Shown: piece by piece, positions 63,422 through 64,000 of the stretch
Layout of the letters: every line of letters begins with the position of its first letter
Position numbering within the stretch: position 1 is the first letter of the stretch
Assembly: GCA_965218695.1 (NCBI GenBank)
Contig: OZ244651.1
Location: 736,001-800,000 of the forward strand
Reading direction: 5' to 3'
DNA from: Nitrosopumilus sp.
GTDB taxonomy: Archaea; Thermoproteota; Nitrososphaeria; Nitrososphaerales; Nitrosopumilaceae
DNA length: 64,000 nucleotides
Position numbers and translations under genes: made by a program
The notes under the pieces: generated by a model
The model's database searches: none
What the model was told of the DNA's origin: nothing
What the model saw: only the letters and a program-made list of their open reading frames with translations

Positions 63422-64000
63422 ATGAAGCCGACAAAGATGCGCAACAGGCTCATTTACAACGCATCACACGTGGTGCAGAGCAGCCAGCTTGGCTCCACAC
63501 TGTCCGACGACCTTCGCAAGAGGTACGGCAAGAGGAGCGTCAGGGTGACAAAGGGGGACCACGTCTCCATACAGAGGGGCGAGTACAAGGGCGTCGACGG
63601 CAAGGTGAATGTGGTGCTTTCGGACAAGCGGTGCGTCGCCATAGAGGGCATAAAGAAGGAGAAGACAAAGGGGGACAAGTTTGATGTTCATATTCACACC
63701 TCGAATCTCATGGTGACATCGCTAAACACGGATGACAAGTGGAGGATGAAGGTACTGCAAAGGGGTCAGGGCAAGACATCTGTCAATATGGATGATGAGT
63801 ATGTCGTACCCGAATCCGACAATGCAGCAGATGTCCCGGCAGAGGTTGCAAAGCCAAAAGAGGCCGTAAAGCTGGAGGAGGAGGCTGTAACGGCACCACC
63901 ACCACCTGCAAAACCAAAGGCTGCAAAACCAAAGGCTGCAAAACTAGAAGAGGCCGCAACGGCACCACCACCTGCAGAGAAATCAGGCAAGGATGCAGAG
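63422..64000 (+). CDS. rpl24: 50S ribosomal protein L24 (3' partial) with Pro/Ala/Lys/Glu-rich extension
   Basis: [25 protein letters not shown] motif; open to the window end. Confidence 0.94.
   Translation, partial: MKPTKMRNRLIYNASHVVQSSQLGSTLSDDLRKRYGKRSVRVTKGDHVSIQRGEYKGVDGKVNVVLSDKRCVAIEGIKKEKTKGDKFDVHIHTSNLMVTSLNTDDKWRMKVLQRGQGKTSVNMDDEYVVPESDNAADVPAEVAKPKEAVKLEEEAVTAPPPPAKPKAAKPKAAKLEEAATAPPPAEKSGKDAE

Overview
This window is from a thaumarchaeal (Nitrososphaerota, Nitrosopumilaceae/Cenarchaeum-like) chromosome. The evidence is the PEFG-CTERM and CFI-box-CTERM proteins, CdvB, archaeal psmA, and an archaeal rpl3-rpl24 cluster that contains rpp29 and lacks rpl2. Bases 1 to about 28.4 kb look like the right arm of an integrated conjugative-type element. 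It has large secreted membrane-anchored proteins, a TadC/ArlJ-like platform protein, a type IV pilin, a VirB6/TrbL-like protein, a prepilin peptidase, a PrgI-like protein and a terminal tyrosine integrase. Its cargo includes a GHKL ATPase pair, P-II, an Mrr-like nuclease, Zn fingers, PH-like proteins and a stand-alone Vps4/CdvC-type MIT domain. The rest is core genome heavily hit by insertion sequences: about 15 elements or remnants (IS630, IS5-like, IS66, ISH3, IS110, IS1595 remnant), most with terminal repeats and target duplications I could read directly. Several disrupt genes or are nested. The most unusual signal is a catalytically intact TnpB gene (element 29674-31011) with no transposase, bounded by 24-bp terminal inverted repeats and an 8-bp target duplication. 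This is DDE-type (IS1595-like) packaging rather than IS200/IS605/IS607 packaging, and related ends occur beside an IS1595 remnant and in a 51-bp mini-element in the same window. All family calls come from reading motifs by eye; no database searches were run.
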